From assembly GCA_000437895.1 (NCBI GenBank), contig FR902155.1:9495-73494 (forward strand): a DNA stretch of 64,000 bases, in the 5' to 3' direction. This DNA is from Clostridium sp. CAG:914 (lineage in GTDB: Bacteria > Bacillota_I > Bacilli_A > RF39 > UBA660). Both the position numbers and the translations under genes were made by a program. Shown here one piece after another: positions 38,618-48,414 of this stretch. Position 1 is the first letter of the stretch. Every line of letters begins with the position of its first letter. The notes under the pieces are model-generated. The model saw nothing but the letters and a program-made list of their open reading frames with translations. It did not search any database and was not told the origin of the DNA.

Positions 38618-38648
38618 AAAAAAAGACCACTTATAATTAAGTAGTCTT
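38618..38648 (-). terminator. Intrinsic terminator (attenuator) between leader ORF and ABC exporter RBS
   Basis: Minus strand: 8-bp stem AAGACTAC / GTGGTCTT (one G-U pair) with a 10-nt loop, followed by T7. The T-tract ends directly at the AGGAGG RBS (38612-38617) of the exporter. Confidence 0.6.
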
Positions 38649-38660
38649 GATAATTAAAAT

Positions 38661-38747
38661 TTACATTGTACGTGGAAAACACCAAAGCTCTCCACTTCTA
38701 TCAAAAACTACCTTATCAAAAATATTTAAATTAATCATTATCTTCAT
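38661..38747 (-). CDS. Candidate 28-aa leader peptide MKIMINLNIFDKVVFDRSGELWCFPRTM
   Basis: AAAGGAG RBS 9 nt upstream of the ATG (38747-38745) and TAA at 38663-38661. A near-consensus promoter lies about 40 nt upstream. Confidence 0.45.
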   Translation of the reverse strand: MKIMINLNIFDKVVFDRSGELWCFPRTM

Positions 38748-38781
38748 TGTTTTCCACTCCTTTCTCTTTAAATTCAACTTA

Positions 38782-38810
38782 ACTATATCATACTAGTATA
38801 CGCATGTCAA
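38782..38810 (-). promoter_or_regulatory. Near-consensus sigma-A promoter driving leader ORF + ABC exporter
   Basis: Minus strand: -35 TTGACA (+ 38805-38810), 17-nt spacer, -10 TATAGT (+ 38782-38787). Confidence 0.65.
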
Positions 38811-38837
38811 CGCTTTTTTGTTACAATATATTTAAAT

Positions 38838-39490
38838 TTACTTAATTTCACCATCATGAAATACATAGTATTCTCCAATATAATTAATGCTATTATTGTC
38901 ATCAATAATAATAGCAGATTCATTAGGAAGACCAACAATTTAATGAATATATGAATACTTTTTATTTTCATTAACCCATTCTAAATTATTAATATCAAAA
39001 TGAGGATCAATAGTTATATCAACTAATCCTATTCCATTATAAAACCACGTTTTAGGATAATCTTTATCATTAGAATAGTACCCCTTTATAGCCATATTCA
39101 TAGATCCAGCACTTACACCAATTAATATCTTATTTTTAAATAACTTTTTACAATCAATTTTTCTTAAAACTTCTAATTGTTTAAAAGGATCACCACCCAT
39201 CAAATGAATAATATCACTTTTATTAATTATATCAATCATTTCATCTAAAGAATTTCTATAATCAAGTAAATAGTACTCTTTAATATTAACATCTAATTGA
39301 TTAAACATTCCCTTAACACCAAGTGCCATATCAGTGCCATTAAAATAGTCATCATTTTTTTAGCACAATCCGAAGCAGCAATAGCTACCAAAGAATTACA
39401 ATTCTTTAATTCTTTATTAAGAAATTTCTTTACATCTTTACTAAACCCAATCCTTTTATCTGGTCCACTTAACATTATAATCATATACAC
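38838..39490 (-). pseudogene. Peptidase S51 (dipeptidase E/PepE-like) pseudogene
   Basis: Conserved S51 motifs (HLMGG; catalytic Ser in GVSAGSM) are split across two frames by an 11-bp tandem duplication (+ AGTGCCAT-ATC-AGTGCCAT, 39322-39340). An in-frame TAA at 38942-38940 is followed by 33 more in-frame codons (GLPNESAIIIDDNNSINYIGEYYVFHDGEIK) ending at 38840-38838. Confidence 0.7.
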
Positions 39491-39576
39491 CCTTCCTTCC
39501 CATTTATGAAAATCATTTTATCATATATTTTATAACAACAAAAAGAATCTCCTTATTTAAAGTATTCAATACGTAA

Positions 39577-40356
39577 TTATGAACCAGTACTTGTATAATG
39601 TTTAACACCATAATTAAATGAATATATACACGGAATTAAATATATAAAACATAGTATTGGTGATAACAAATGCCAAACACTATTAGATTTACCTACAAAG
39701 TATAGAAGTGGATAATAATTAACTGAAGCATAAGGAATAATAAAACTAAATATAAATATAACTCCTTTTTTAAATATACCAATAGGATATTGAGCCATAT
39801 GTTTACCACCATCAGTAAGTAAATTCTTCACTTCAAGACCATGAACAGTAACAAAACAATATGATGCCATTAGAACAAATATAGCAAAAAATAACACTAT
39901 TGAAGATAAAATCATTACCAATAACAAAATTATTTTCCCTATAGTTAATTCAATATCTAATTTATATAAAGAAATAATTAAAATAATTATTCCCTGAAAA
40001 GTTCTAGCTAACTTAGAAAAATCCATTTTACTACACATTACTTGAAATAAAATACCATATGGTCTTAATAAAAGTCTATCTAATGAGCCATCTATAATAA
40101 AATCTTCAAATTTATCTATTCCTTTAAAAAATATCTCATTAAAAGAAAAGCCAATATTAATAATAGAAAAACAAAGTAATACTTCATATAAAGAAAAACC
40201 TTTAATATTATTAAATTTAGTAAATAAAGAAATAATTAAAAAATAATATGTAAAAAAAACAAATATCTGACTAATTAAACTCATAATAAATGACCATTTA
40301 TATTCTAATTGACTCTTTAAATTTTGTTTTAAATGAGAAAAATATAACTTAACCAC
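39577..40356 (-). CDS. ABC-2 family transporter permease
   Basis: 259 aa with six TM helices. Typical of the uncharacterised ABC-2 permease pairs found with COG4586-type ATPases. Confidence 0.6.
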   Translation of the reverse strand: MVKLYFSHLKQNLKSQLEYKWSFIMSLISQIFVFFTYYFLIISLFTKFNNIKGFSLYEVLLCFSIINIGFSFNEIFFKGIDKFEDFIIDGSLDRLLLRPYGILFQVMCSKMDFSKLARTFQGIIILIISLYKLDIELTIGKIILLLVMILSSIVLFFAIFVLMASYCFVTVHGLEVKNLLTDGGKHMAQYPIGIFKKGVIFIFSFIIPYASVNYYPLLYFVGKSNSVWHLLSPILCFIYLIPCIYSFNYGVKHYTSTGS

Positions 40357-41155
40357 CCTGTATTACCGCCTTTCTTAATGTAATTTTAGATATAAAATAC
40401 CCTAAAGCAATAATAATAATTATCCATATAAAAGAACCAATTAACAAATGAGTTCCTTCGTATAATGATATACTTCCTGAATATATTCTAAAAGAAAAAT
40501 CTCCAATATATCTAAATGGCAATAAATTAGCTATCTTAAGTAACCAATCAGGAAAAAATGGTAATGGTATAGTACCACCCATAAACACTTCAGCAATAGC
40601 AGCATATATAGTTATAAATCCTTTATCATCAATCGTATACATAGTTAATATATGTATAAGTAAATTTATTGAAGAAATAAGTAATACAGATAATATTAAA
40701 GAAATAATAAATATAACTAAATTCATAAAACTAATAGGTAATGATAAATGATAAGGATATGGTAAAATATACCCAAGTAAAAGTATAGGCCACATTCTTA
40801 GTAATGTAGAAACTATCTTTTTAGATAAAAACTTAATATACCATTTAAAATAAAAGTCTTGTGGTCTAATAAGTTCATAAGCCAAATTACCATTCTTAAT
40901 CATATCAAGAAGTTCTTTATCTTTTTCATATGGATAAATTAAAGCAAAGAAAGCTTGTTGCAACCAAATATATGTAACTAATTCCTGATAATTCATAGGC
41001 AATGCACTATCCGTACCCGATTCATAAAAAGCCAAATATACCATAATAAACATAAAACCAAAAAATATTTGTGTAGACACTCCAGCCCAAGCATCTGCCC
41101 TATATTGTAAATTAGTAATAATTCTTAACTTAAAATAGCTTAAATAACTTTTCAT
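40349..41155 (-). CDS. ABC-2 family transporter permease
   Basis: 268 aa with six TM helices. Overlaps its neighbours by 8 nt and 4 nt, indicating an operon. Confidence 0.6.
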   Translation of the reverse strand: MKSYLSYFKLRIITNLQYRADAWAGVSTQIFFGFMFIMVYLAFYESGTDSALPMNYQELVTYIWLQQAFFALIYPYEKDKELLDMIKNGNLAYELIRPQDFYFKWYIKFLSKKIVSTLLRMWPILLLGYILPYPYHLSLPISFMNLVIFIISLILSVLLISSINLLIHILTMYTIDDKGFITIYAAIAEVFMGGTIPLPFFPDWLLKIANLLPFRYIGDFSFRIYSGSISLYEGTHLLIGSFIWIIIIIALGYFISKITLRKAVIQGG

Positions 41156-42135
41156 AGATTATATTCCCCATATAATTTAATTATTATATTATCAATACTC
41201 TCATTATCAATCTCTATATCTTCAATATCGTAATTCTTAGATAAATAATTTAAAAAATAAGATACAGAAATAACATTAGAATCAATCGTATACATATAAC
41301 CATTATCTACCTTATTTGCTTCCATTACACCCTTATTTTTAATATTACCAATCTTATCAGAAGTAACTACCAATATTTTCTTATAACTACCAAATTTATG
41401 CTTTAATTCTTCTAAATTACCATCATAAAGTATACTACCATTACCTATTAAAATAATTCTCTTAGCAAGAGCTTCAATATCCGCCATATCATGAGTAGTT
41501 AATATAACTGTTATCTTATTTTTTTTATTTATTTTTTTAATAAAATCACGAACTATATTTTTACTAATAGCATCTAACCCTATCGTTGGTTCATCTAAAA
41601 ATAATATTTTAGGCTTATGCAATAATGCTGAAGCTATTTCACAACGCATTCTCTCACCAAGACTAAGTGTTCTAACAGGTTTCTTAATAATTTCTGAAAT
41701 TCCCAACAACTTAACTAATTCTTCTTTTGTTTGATAATATTCGTTATCTGGTATTTTATAAATATCATGGAGCAAATCAAACGTATCTTCTGCTGGTATA
41801 TCCCAAGATAATTGACTACGATTACCAAATACTACTCCAATAGAAGAAACATATTTCTTCCTATCTTTAACAGGGTTAAGTCCATCTACTAAAATACTAC
41901 CAGAACTAGGAGTAAGTATACCAGATAACATCTTAATCGTCGTACTCTTTCCAGCTCCATTAGGACCTATATATCCCACAATTTCCCCTTCTTCAATAGA
42001 AAAGTTTATATCTTTAACTGCATCAATATAAACATATTCTCTTTTAAAGAAAGACTTTAAGGCAGACCTAAGACCACTATTTCGCTTAGCCACCTTAAAA
42101 GTTTTAGTCACATTACTGACTATAATTTTTGCCAT
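41152..42135 (-). CDS. ABC transporter ATP-binding protein with C-terminal extension
   Basis: Walker A GPNGAGKSTT, signature LSLGERMR and Walker B ILFLDEPTIGLD. 327 aa. Confidence 0.85.
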   Translation of the reverse strand: MAKIIVSNVTKTFKVAKRNSGLRSALKSFFKREYVYIDAVKDINFSIEEGEIVGYIGPNGAGKSTTIKMLSGILTPSSGSILVDGLNPVKDRKKYVSSIGVVFGNRSQLSWDIPAEDTFDLLHDIYKIPDNEYYQTKEELVKLLGISEIIKKPVRTLSLGERMRCEIASALLHKPKILFLDEPTIGLDAISKNIVRDFIKKINKKNKITVILTTHDMADIEALAKRIILIGNGSILYDGNLEELKHKFGSYKKILVVTSDKIGNIKNKGVMEANKVDNGYMYTIDSNVISVSYFLNYLSKNYDIEDIEIDNESIDNIIIKLYGEYNL

Positions 42136-42236
42136 TCCTCACATCCTTTCTAACAACGCAAAAAATCCACATAACTATATATGCAGAATATCATCAAGTT
42201 AAAAATTAAATTGTACTCTTTGCAAACGTCATATTA

Positions 42237-42265
42237 AATATATAATAATTAATTATTACTGTCAA
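42237..42265 (-). promoter_or_regulatory. Sigma-A promoter for ABC-2 operon
   Basis: Minus strand: -35 TTGACA (+ 42260-42265), 17-nt spacer, -10 TATATT (+ 42237-42242). Confidence 0.55.
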
Positions 42266-42427
42266 TAGTTATTAATTATAATTTTTTAGAATATTTCATA
42301 ACATACTTTTTTGCTTCTTCTTCCAAACTTTGTATAGCCAATTTATATCTAGTAATATCTTCATCGCTTAATTTCTTTAAATAATATATTACTTCTCCCA
42401 AAGATAAACTCTTAGCAATAAAATTAC

Positions 42428-42697
42428 CTATCCATTACTCCTATACCAAATACTAGAATCCATATTAAAGTCAAACACACTACATAATAAATATTCATGA
42501 TTTAAATAATGATTTTCTATTCTATCACATTTCATTATTATCTTCTTACCAGTAATTAAATCATACAGACAATTATCTACTACTTGAACAATTATATTAT
42601 ATTCATAACATTTATTATCATTATTATATCTTAATTTATATATTATTCCATTAAAAGTAACCAACGATATTTTAAAATACACAAAACTACACCTCAT
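42428..42697 (-). CDS. Hypothetical Cys-containing small protein (possibly 5' part of a frameshifted longer gene)
   Basis: 89-aa ORF. After its TAG, a further 52 stop-free codons continue in the +2 frame (WIGNFIAKSLSLGEVIYYLKKLSDEDITRYKLAIQSLEEEAKKYVMKYSKKL) with no start codon. Confidence 0.3.
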   Translation of the reverse strand: MRCSFVYFKISLVTFNGIIYKLRYNNDNKCYEYNIIVQVVDNCLYDLITGKKIIMKCDRIENHYLNHEYLLCSVFDFNMDSSIWYRSNG

Positions 42698-42709
42698 TTA
42701 TTACTACTA

Positions 42710-43075
42710 TTAATTAAAAGCCAATTCTATATTTACATCCTTATCTTCATATATAACATATAAATAAATAATACCACTAATAAGAACAAAAAAACTAGCT
42801 AAAAAAGTAAGTCCATTAAGTCTCTTAGAATTAGGATTATTATCTTCTATATAGTCATCATAATTACTTATCGTATAATATAAATATACCAAAAAAGCCA
42901 TTCCAAATATAACAAACAATAATTTCCTATATTTTTCTCTTATTTCTTTATCATCTGTAATTAAATATTCTGTTTCTACTTTATTAGCATATAAAGAAAT
43001 AGTAATAATAATATAATAAATTATAAATATATAATTTTCTATCTTAATATCATTTAATCTATCAATATCTATCAT
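42710..43075 (-). CDS. Hypothetical small membrane protein (3 TM)
   Basis: 121 aa with three hydrophobic helices. Confidence 0.4.
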   Translation of the reverse strand: MIDIDRLNDIKIENYIFIIYYIIITISLYANKVETEYLITDDKEIREKYRKLLFVIFGMAFLVYLYYTISNYDDYIEDNNPNSKRLNGLTFLASFFVLISGIIYLYVIYEDKDVNIELAFN

Positions 43076-43122
43076 ATATAATTATATGCTATATAATTTT
43101 TTAATATCATAACGACCTAAAA

Positions 43123-43647
43123 CTATTCAATGTACCCAATATAAGTTAAATTCCTATACCCCTCATCATAATCCAAACCATATCCCAAAACAAACTTATC
43201 ATCCACAGAAAACCCTACATAAGAAACATTAACTTCCTTCTCTCTTCTCTCTTTTTTATCTAATAAAACACATATTTTTAATGACTTAGGACACTTTTCT
43301 AATAAATAGTCATATAAATAACTTAAAGTATTACCAGAATCAATAATATCTTCAATAATTATAACATTTTTATCCTTAATATCTGTTCTAATATCCAATT
43401 TAAAATCTATATTACCAGAAGATTTTCTAGCATTAACACCATAACTACTTATCTTAACAAAATCCATAATAACATTACAGTCCGTTAATTCCTTAGATAA
43501 ATCAACAGCAAAATAAACAGCCCCATTCAAAACACATACCAGTACAACATCTTCTCCATAGTAATCTCTATTTATATCACAAGCTATTTCTTTAATCCTA
43601 TTATTAATTTCTTCTTTAGTAATTAATACTTTTATTTTATCTTTCAT
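43123..43647 (-). CDS. hpt: Hypoxanthine-guanine phosphoribosyltransferase
   Basis: PRPP-binding motif VIIIEDIIDSGNTL in a 174-aa product. GGAGGAA RBS. Confidence 0.9.
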   Translation of the reverse strand: MKDKIKVLITKEEINNRIKEIACDINRDYYGEDVVLVCVLNGAVYFAVDLSKELTDCNVIMDFVKISSYGVNARKSSGNIDFKLDIRTDIKDKNVIIIEDIIDSGNTLSYLYDYLLEKCPKSLKICVLLDKKERREKEVNVSYVGFSVDDKFVLGYGLDYDEGYRNLTYIGYIE

Positions 43648-43659
43648 AAATTCCTCCTA

Positions 43660-44601
43660 TTATTTCATTATATGTATCAATATTGGAATATCTATTAAAA
43701 TAAGAACCAAAAATATACTAAGTAAAATATTATAAAATTTCTTATTATATCGCAATTTAAAACTATATATATCAATTATATTAGTAAATAATGTTGCTAT
43801 AATTATACTTATTACCATAGATAACTCAACATTAAATATACTAATTATAGATGTCAATAAACCTAAAAGTATCCCATAAATAATTTCACCTTCCTTACTA
43901 ATAGGAGTATTTACAAAATCACTAGCCACAAACACACTTAGAAACACTATATTAGATCTAATAACAAGAAAAAATATATCATATAAATTATTACCACTAA
44001 ATAACGTTACTAAAAGCATAATTATAAAGTAAATACCTATTGAAGTTAATGGAATTAAATACTTTATAGACTTATTATAAAATAAATATATATATGAAAT
44101 AATAGACAATATAATACTCATATATATCTTATAATTACCCATAAGTAATAAAATACTATTATAACTATCTAAACTAATATTCCCAAATAATATAACTATA
44201 ATAATACCTAACAACGATGATTTAATATCTAAGTATTTTATTAAATTTTTTGATATTGAAGTAATCAAAGAAGCAATAATAATTATCAAAAAAGAAGAAT
44301 TACAAGTAAATAAACTAAGTATTAAACCTACTAATAATATATTATTATCACATATTCTCTTTATATTATATTCCTTTCTCATTAACATAAAAATATATTC
44401 AACAATATAACATATACCCAAAGTTAAAATAATACCTAAAATGGGATAAATTTTATCTATAAAACTATTATTAGTAATAAAAGAAGTAATAATTGATAAA
44501 AGAAGAAATACTAACAAAGAAAATACATACCTATTCATTATCTTATTTTTAGTATTATCACTTTTAATAGCTAAGCCATTACATACAACAAACTCTCTCA
44601 T
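43660..44601 (-). CDS. Polytopic membrane protein (8-9 TM), possibly RnfD/NqrB-like partner of the upstream FeS protein
   Basis: 313 aa, highly hydrophobic. Overlaps the RnfC-like gene by 4 nt. Family assignment is uncertain. Confidence 0.3.
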   Translation of the reverse strand: MREFVVCNGLAIKSDNTKNKIMNRYVFSLLVFLLLSIITSFITNNSFIDKIYPILGIILTLGICYIVEYIFMLMRKEYNIKRICDNNILLVGLILSLFTCNSSFLIIIIASLITSISKNLIKYLDIKSSLLGIIIVILFGNISLDSYNSILLLMGNYKIYMSIILSIISYIYLFYNKSIKYLIPLTSIGIYFIIMLLVTLFSGNNLYDIFFLVIRSNIVFLSVFVASDFVNTPISKEGEIIYGILLGLLTSIISIFNVELSMVISIIIATLFTNIIDIYSFKLRYNKKFYNILLSIFLVLILIDIPILIHIMK

Positions 44602-45833
44602 TTCTCCTCCTTAATACTTTTCATTATATTAGATAATTCTATCTTAGAAGGACACACATAAGAACATAGACCACAATTATTACACTTATCTATTCTTAAC
44701 TTCTTAGCTCTCTTTTTATTTTTAATTATCATAATAGGCATTAAACCAGAAGGACACACATAAGAACATTTACCACACTTTATACAAGGAATAGTTTCTT
44801 CCACCTTAACAGGTAAACATACAATAGTATGTAAATCTTTAGTTACAATAACATCATCATTTTTAAGAGAATTTCCTCTCATCACATCATTTGCTATCAT
44901 ATATAGTTTTTTATCTTTATATCCACCTAAACACTCCATAACATAAGATATTTCACTACCTATCTTTACTTTAACATTAGCATTATCCTTACATCCAGAA
45001 CCAGAAACAGTAATAAATATTTCCGTCAAAGGCCTATTATATAAAAGCATTTCATATATAGCATACATAAGAGATACATTTCCAAATATAACATTTAAAT
45101 CATCAGGAATACTATCATAATTCTTATCCAGAATAGAATTTAAAATATTTAATTCACTTCCAGAAGGATAACCATCCATAATACCATATATCTTAATACT
45201 AGGATAAGTATTCTTATATTTAAGTAATTTATTTATAACCAACTCATTACTATAATTAACAGCAATATAACACGTTTCTATATTCATAATTTCCAAAACA
45301 GCATCTATTCCTGCCAATAATTCTTCAGTATAATTATACATAATCATACTATTAGTACTAGAAAAAATATCATCATCTATTCCATTAATAATTAAATACT
45401 TAATATTTTCCTTATCATAATAATTCATAAAAGAAGGATAATCACTACCATATAAATTTACTATACCATTATCCCTTAACATATTAATAAATTCTAATTT
45501 AGAATAACTATTAATATATTTTTTCTTACCTCTCTTATTTCTATATCTTTCCTTAAAATCATTTTCTATTACAACGGTATCCACCAAAGAACCATTTAAA
45601 GTATATTTTTTTACAACATCAATAACAAAACCACTAACACTAGCATGAATAGGAAAATTACTAAGTTTATTAATACCTACTATATCCCCTTTACAAATAT
45701 AATCACCAACTTTAACAACCATATCATATTTATAACCCAACGTACTTATAAGAGGAATAAAAACCAATCTAGGCTTTAAAACATCAATAATCTTTTTACT
45801 AGGCAGAATCTTTTCATTATAAATATTAACCAT
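44598..45833 (-). CDS. RnfC/NqrA-like iron-sulfur protein with C-terminal 2x[4Fe-4S] ferredoxin motifs
   Basis: N-terminal RnfC-type barrel-sandwich segment (LVFIPLISTLGYKYDMVVKVGDYICKGDIVG) and C-terminal CIKCGKCSYVCP ... CNNCGLCSYVCP. Confidence 0.5.
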   Translation of the reverse strand: MVNIYNEKILPSKKIIDVLKPRLVFIPLISTLGYKYDMVVKVGDYICKGDIVGINKLSNFPIHASVSGFVIDVVKKYTLNGSLVDTVVIENDFKERYRNKRGKKKYINSYSKLEFINMLRDNGIVNLYGSDYPSFMNYYDKENIKYLIINGIDDDIFSSTNSMIMYNYTEELLAGIDAVLEIMNIETCYIAVNYSNELVINKLLKYKNTYPSIKIYGIMDGYPSGSELNILNSILDKNYDSIPDDLNVIFGNVSLMYAIYEMLLYNRPLTEIFITVSGSGCKDNANVKVKIGSEISYVMECLGGYKDKKLYMIANDVMRGNSLKNDDVIVTKDLHTIVCLPVKVEETIPCIKCGKCSYVCPSGLMPIMIIKNKKRAKKLRIDKCNNCGLCSYVCPSKIELSNIMKSIKEEK

Positions 45834-45962
45834 ATATCTATCTCCTAATATAATTTTACCAAATTATCAAATTATTGTCTATATTTATTTATTAATGTAG
45901 AATTATGTATTTACTATTATAATAGAATATGTTAATATATTAACCATTAAAGAGGTGTAACT

Positions 45963-47138
45963 ATGAAAAAATATAATTGGAGTCAAAGCATTTTAGAAAA
46001 TAAATTAAATATGCTAATTGATGAAATTATAAAACGTGGAGGTTCTTTTAATAGAAAAACAAATGAAATAATACTTGAAAATACTAATAAGGAATCAATT
46101 CTTTTAGGATTTGATATATCACTACTAATGAATATGATTGCAACCGTTGATAAATCATTTGAATATCCTATTTTAGCAAGAGACAATTTAAGCTTATTAG
46201 AAATATATAGAGAAAGCCAAGAAGAATTAGAAAATATATCTTTTGCCAAAGAAGATATATTAAATTTTTATAAAGAAAGCACACTATTCTCTAGCGATAT
46301 AACTTATGAAGAACAAAAAACAATGAACTTAAAAACCGATGATATATTAACAATAGTACATGATTTTTATAAAAGTCTAAATCCCTATTTCTTTAAAATA
46401 TTTATGAAAGTATTTAAACAAAGAAAAAATAACCTTAAAACCTTTAATAAAGAAGATACTACTCCATTCATGGGTTGTTCATATATGCTTTCATACCTAA
46501 ACGAAACATATATAGCAATAGCAAGAACACATGACATTGAAGATATTATAACATTTGCTCATGAATATATGCATACAATAAATTATAGTATTAATCCAAG
46601 TGGTGCATATGAAAAAAATAAAAGATATTTTTTTGAAATAGACACCCTTTTTATTGAATTAATAATAACAGATTATTTAAGAAATTTATTTAAAAATAAC
46701 GAAGCCGATAAAGCTAATCTAATAACACATTTAGAGTATTGTAATCAAGTTATATATAGTTCCATAATATATACACTAACAGATTATGAAAAGACCAACA
46801 ATACACAGTTAAACTCTAACAAACAAATGAAAGAATTAATTAAAAATACATTTAGAATAAAAGAAAATATTTTTGAAGAAATTTTTCAAACAAGCGATAT
46901 AGAAATCATTATAAAATATATAATATCTTATATGTTTGCTATAGAACTATACTTGTTATATTTGAATGATAAAGATAAATCTTTATACATTTTAAAAAAA
47001 ATAATCCAAGCAAAAGGATTAAGTAAAGAAGAATATTATAAGTATATTAAAAGTCTAGGATTATATCCTAGTAGTTCAATACATGAATATGAAGAAATAA
47101 TTAAAAGTAGAACACTAAAAAGAACTATTGCTAGATAA
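45963..47138 (+). CDS. Putative zinc metallopeptidase (HExxH motif), family uncertain
   Basis: HEYMH in FAHEYMHTINY. 391 aa. AGAGGTG RBS. Confidence 0.35.
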   Translation: MKKYNWSQSILENKLNMLIDEIIKRGGSFNRKTNEIILENTNKESILLGFDISLLMNMIATVDKSFEYPILARDNLSLLEIYRESQEELENISFAKEDILNFYKESTLFSSDITYEEQKTMNLKTDDILTIVHDFYKSLNPYFFKIFMKVFKQRKNNLKTFNKEDTTPFMGCSYMLSYLNETYIAIARTHDIEDIITFAHEYMHTINYSINPSGAYEKNKRYFFEIDTLFIELIITDYLRNLFKNNEADKANLITHLEYCNQVIYSSIIYTLTDYEKTNNTQLNSNKQMKELIKNTFRIKENIFEEIFQTSDIEIIIKYIISYMFAIELYLLYLNDKDKSLYILKKIIQAKGLSKEEYYKYIKSLGLYPSSSIHEYEEIIKSRTLKRTIAR

Positions 47139-47163
47139 AGCATTAGTTCTTTTTATAATATTT

Positions 47164-48351
47164 TTAACTTGCATAGTTATCGAAATATCCTTGAATAAAT
47201 ACAACAGGCGTTCCTTTATCACCACTACCACTAGTTAAATCACATAAAGATCCTATCAAATCAGTAAATCTTCTAGGAGTAGTTCCTTGACTAGCCATAT
47301 TACCAACTAAGTTATCGTCTTTGCTCTTTATTTCATTTCTTATTGCCTCTGCCAATTCTTCACCTCTTAAATCAGGAAATTTATTATCAGAAACATATTT
47401 AAGTTTTATCTCATTAGGTGTTCCTTCCAATCCACTCGTATAAGCTGGACTAACAACAGGATCAGCTAACTCCCAAATACCTCCAACAGGGTCTTTAAAA
47501 GCACCATCACCATATACCATAACTTCTATTTTCTTTCCAGTTAATTCATACATTCTATTTTGAATATCTATAACTAATTTATCTCCTGTTTTAGGAAATA
47601 ACTTTAATTTTTCTTCTGTTGACTTGTTAGAACCAAGTAAACCATACTTAGGATTATAACCACTACCATTAATTGGTTTAGTCATAATCTCATATAAACC
47701 ATATACATTAGTACCACCAGAAGATATAATATTTTCTTTTGTTTTAACCCTATTATGAATATCACAAGTTAAAACATTAGAAGTATATTTTAAAATATCC
47801 TTAGCTTGATTAGAAAAAATAAACTCAACTTCACATCCTTCATTATGTATAACTTCTCTATAAAACTCTACCATATTAATACCCGTAAAAGGATGTTTAA
47901 ATGAAGAAAATACCCTATCATATTCACTTTCACTAATTATACTACCCAAGTCAAATTCACTATTTTCTAACGTATCTAAATCAAGAATACTATTACCAAC
48001 CTCATCTTTAGGAAAAGATAATAACATATATATCTTTTTACATCCTCTAGCAATACCCTTAAGTATCAAAGAAAATCTATTCCTACTAAGTATAGGATAA
48101 ACTATTCCAACTTCTCCATCTGGATATTTATTTTTAATATCATAAGCAATATCATCTACCTTAATAAAATTACCTTCTGATATACCAACTACAGCCTCTG
48201 TAATTGCTATAATATCTCTATCATGAAAAGTAAATCCCTCTTCTTTTTGAGCCTCCATTATAGAATTAACAACCACATCTGCAAGATTAGTATCTTCTTT
48301 TATTATTGGTGTTCTTATACCACGTACAACAGTACCTACTGTTCTTGTCAC
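47164..48351 (-). CDS. CofE-like (COG1478, F420-0:gamma-glutamyl ligase family) protein
   Basis: N-terminal [17 protein letters not shown] and [20 protein letters not shown] resemble the CofE fold. 395 aa. The call is tentative. Confidence 0.3.
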   Translation of the reverse strand: MTRTVGTVVRGIRTPIIKEDTNLADVVVNSIMEAQKEEGFTFHDRDIIAITEAVVGISEGNFIKVDDIAYDIKNKYPDGEVGIVYPILSRNRFSLILKGIARGCKKIYMLLSFPKDEVGNSILDLDTLENSEFDLGSIISESEYDRVFSSFKHPFTGINMVEFYREVIHNEGCEVEFIFSNQAKDILKYTSNVLTCDIHNRVKTKENIISSGGTNVYGLYEIMTKPINGSGYNPKYGLLGSNKSTEEKLKLFPKTGDKLVIDIQNRMYELTGKKIEVMVYGDGAFKDPVGGIWELADPVVSPAYTSGLEGTPNEIKLKYVSDNKFPDLRGEELAEAIRNEIKSKDDNLVGNMASQGTTPRRFTDLIGSLCDLTSGSGDKGTPVVFIQGYFDNYAS

Positions 48352-48414
48352 CTTATCCTCCTATCTACATAAATCAATTTTATCATATAACAATAAATTA
48401 AACAAGAAAAAGAA

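Noticed and set aside
39297-39509. 70-aa + strand ORF
   Set aside because: Antisense to the PepE-like pseudogene, with no RBS.
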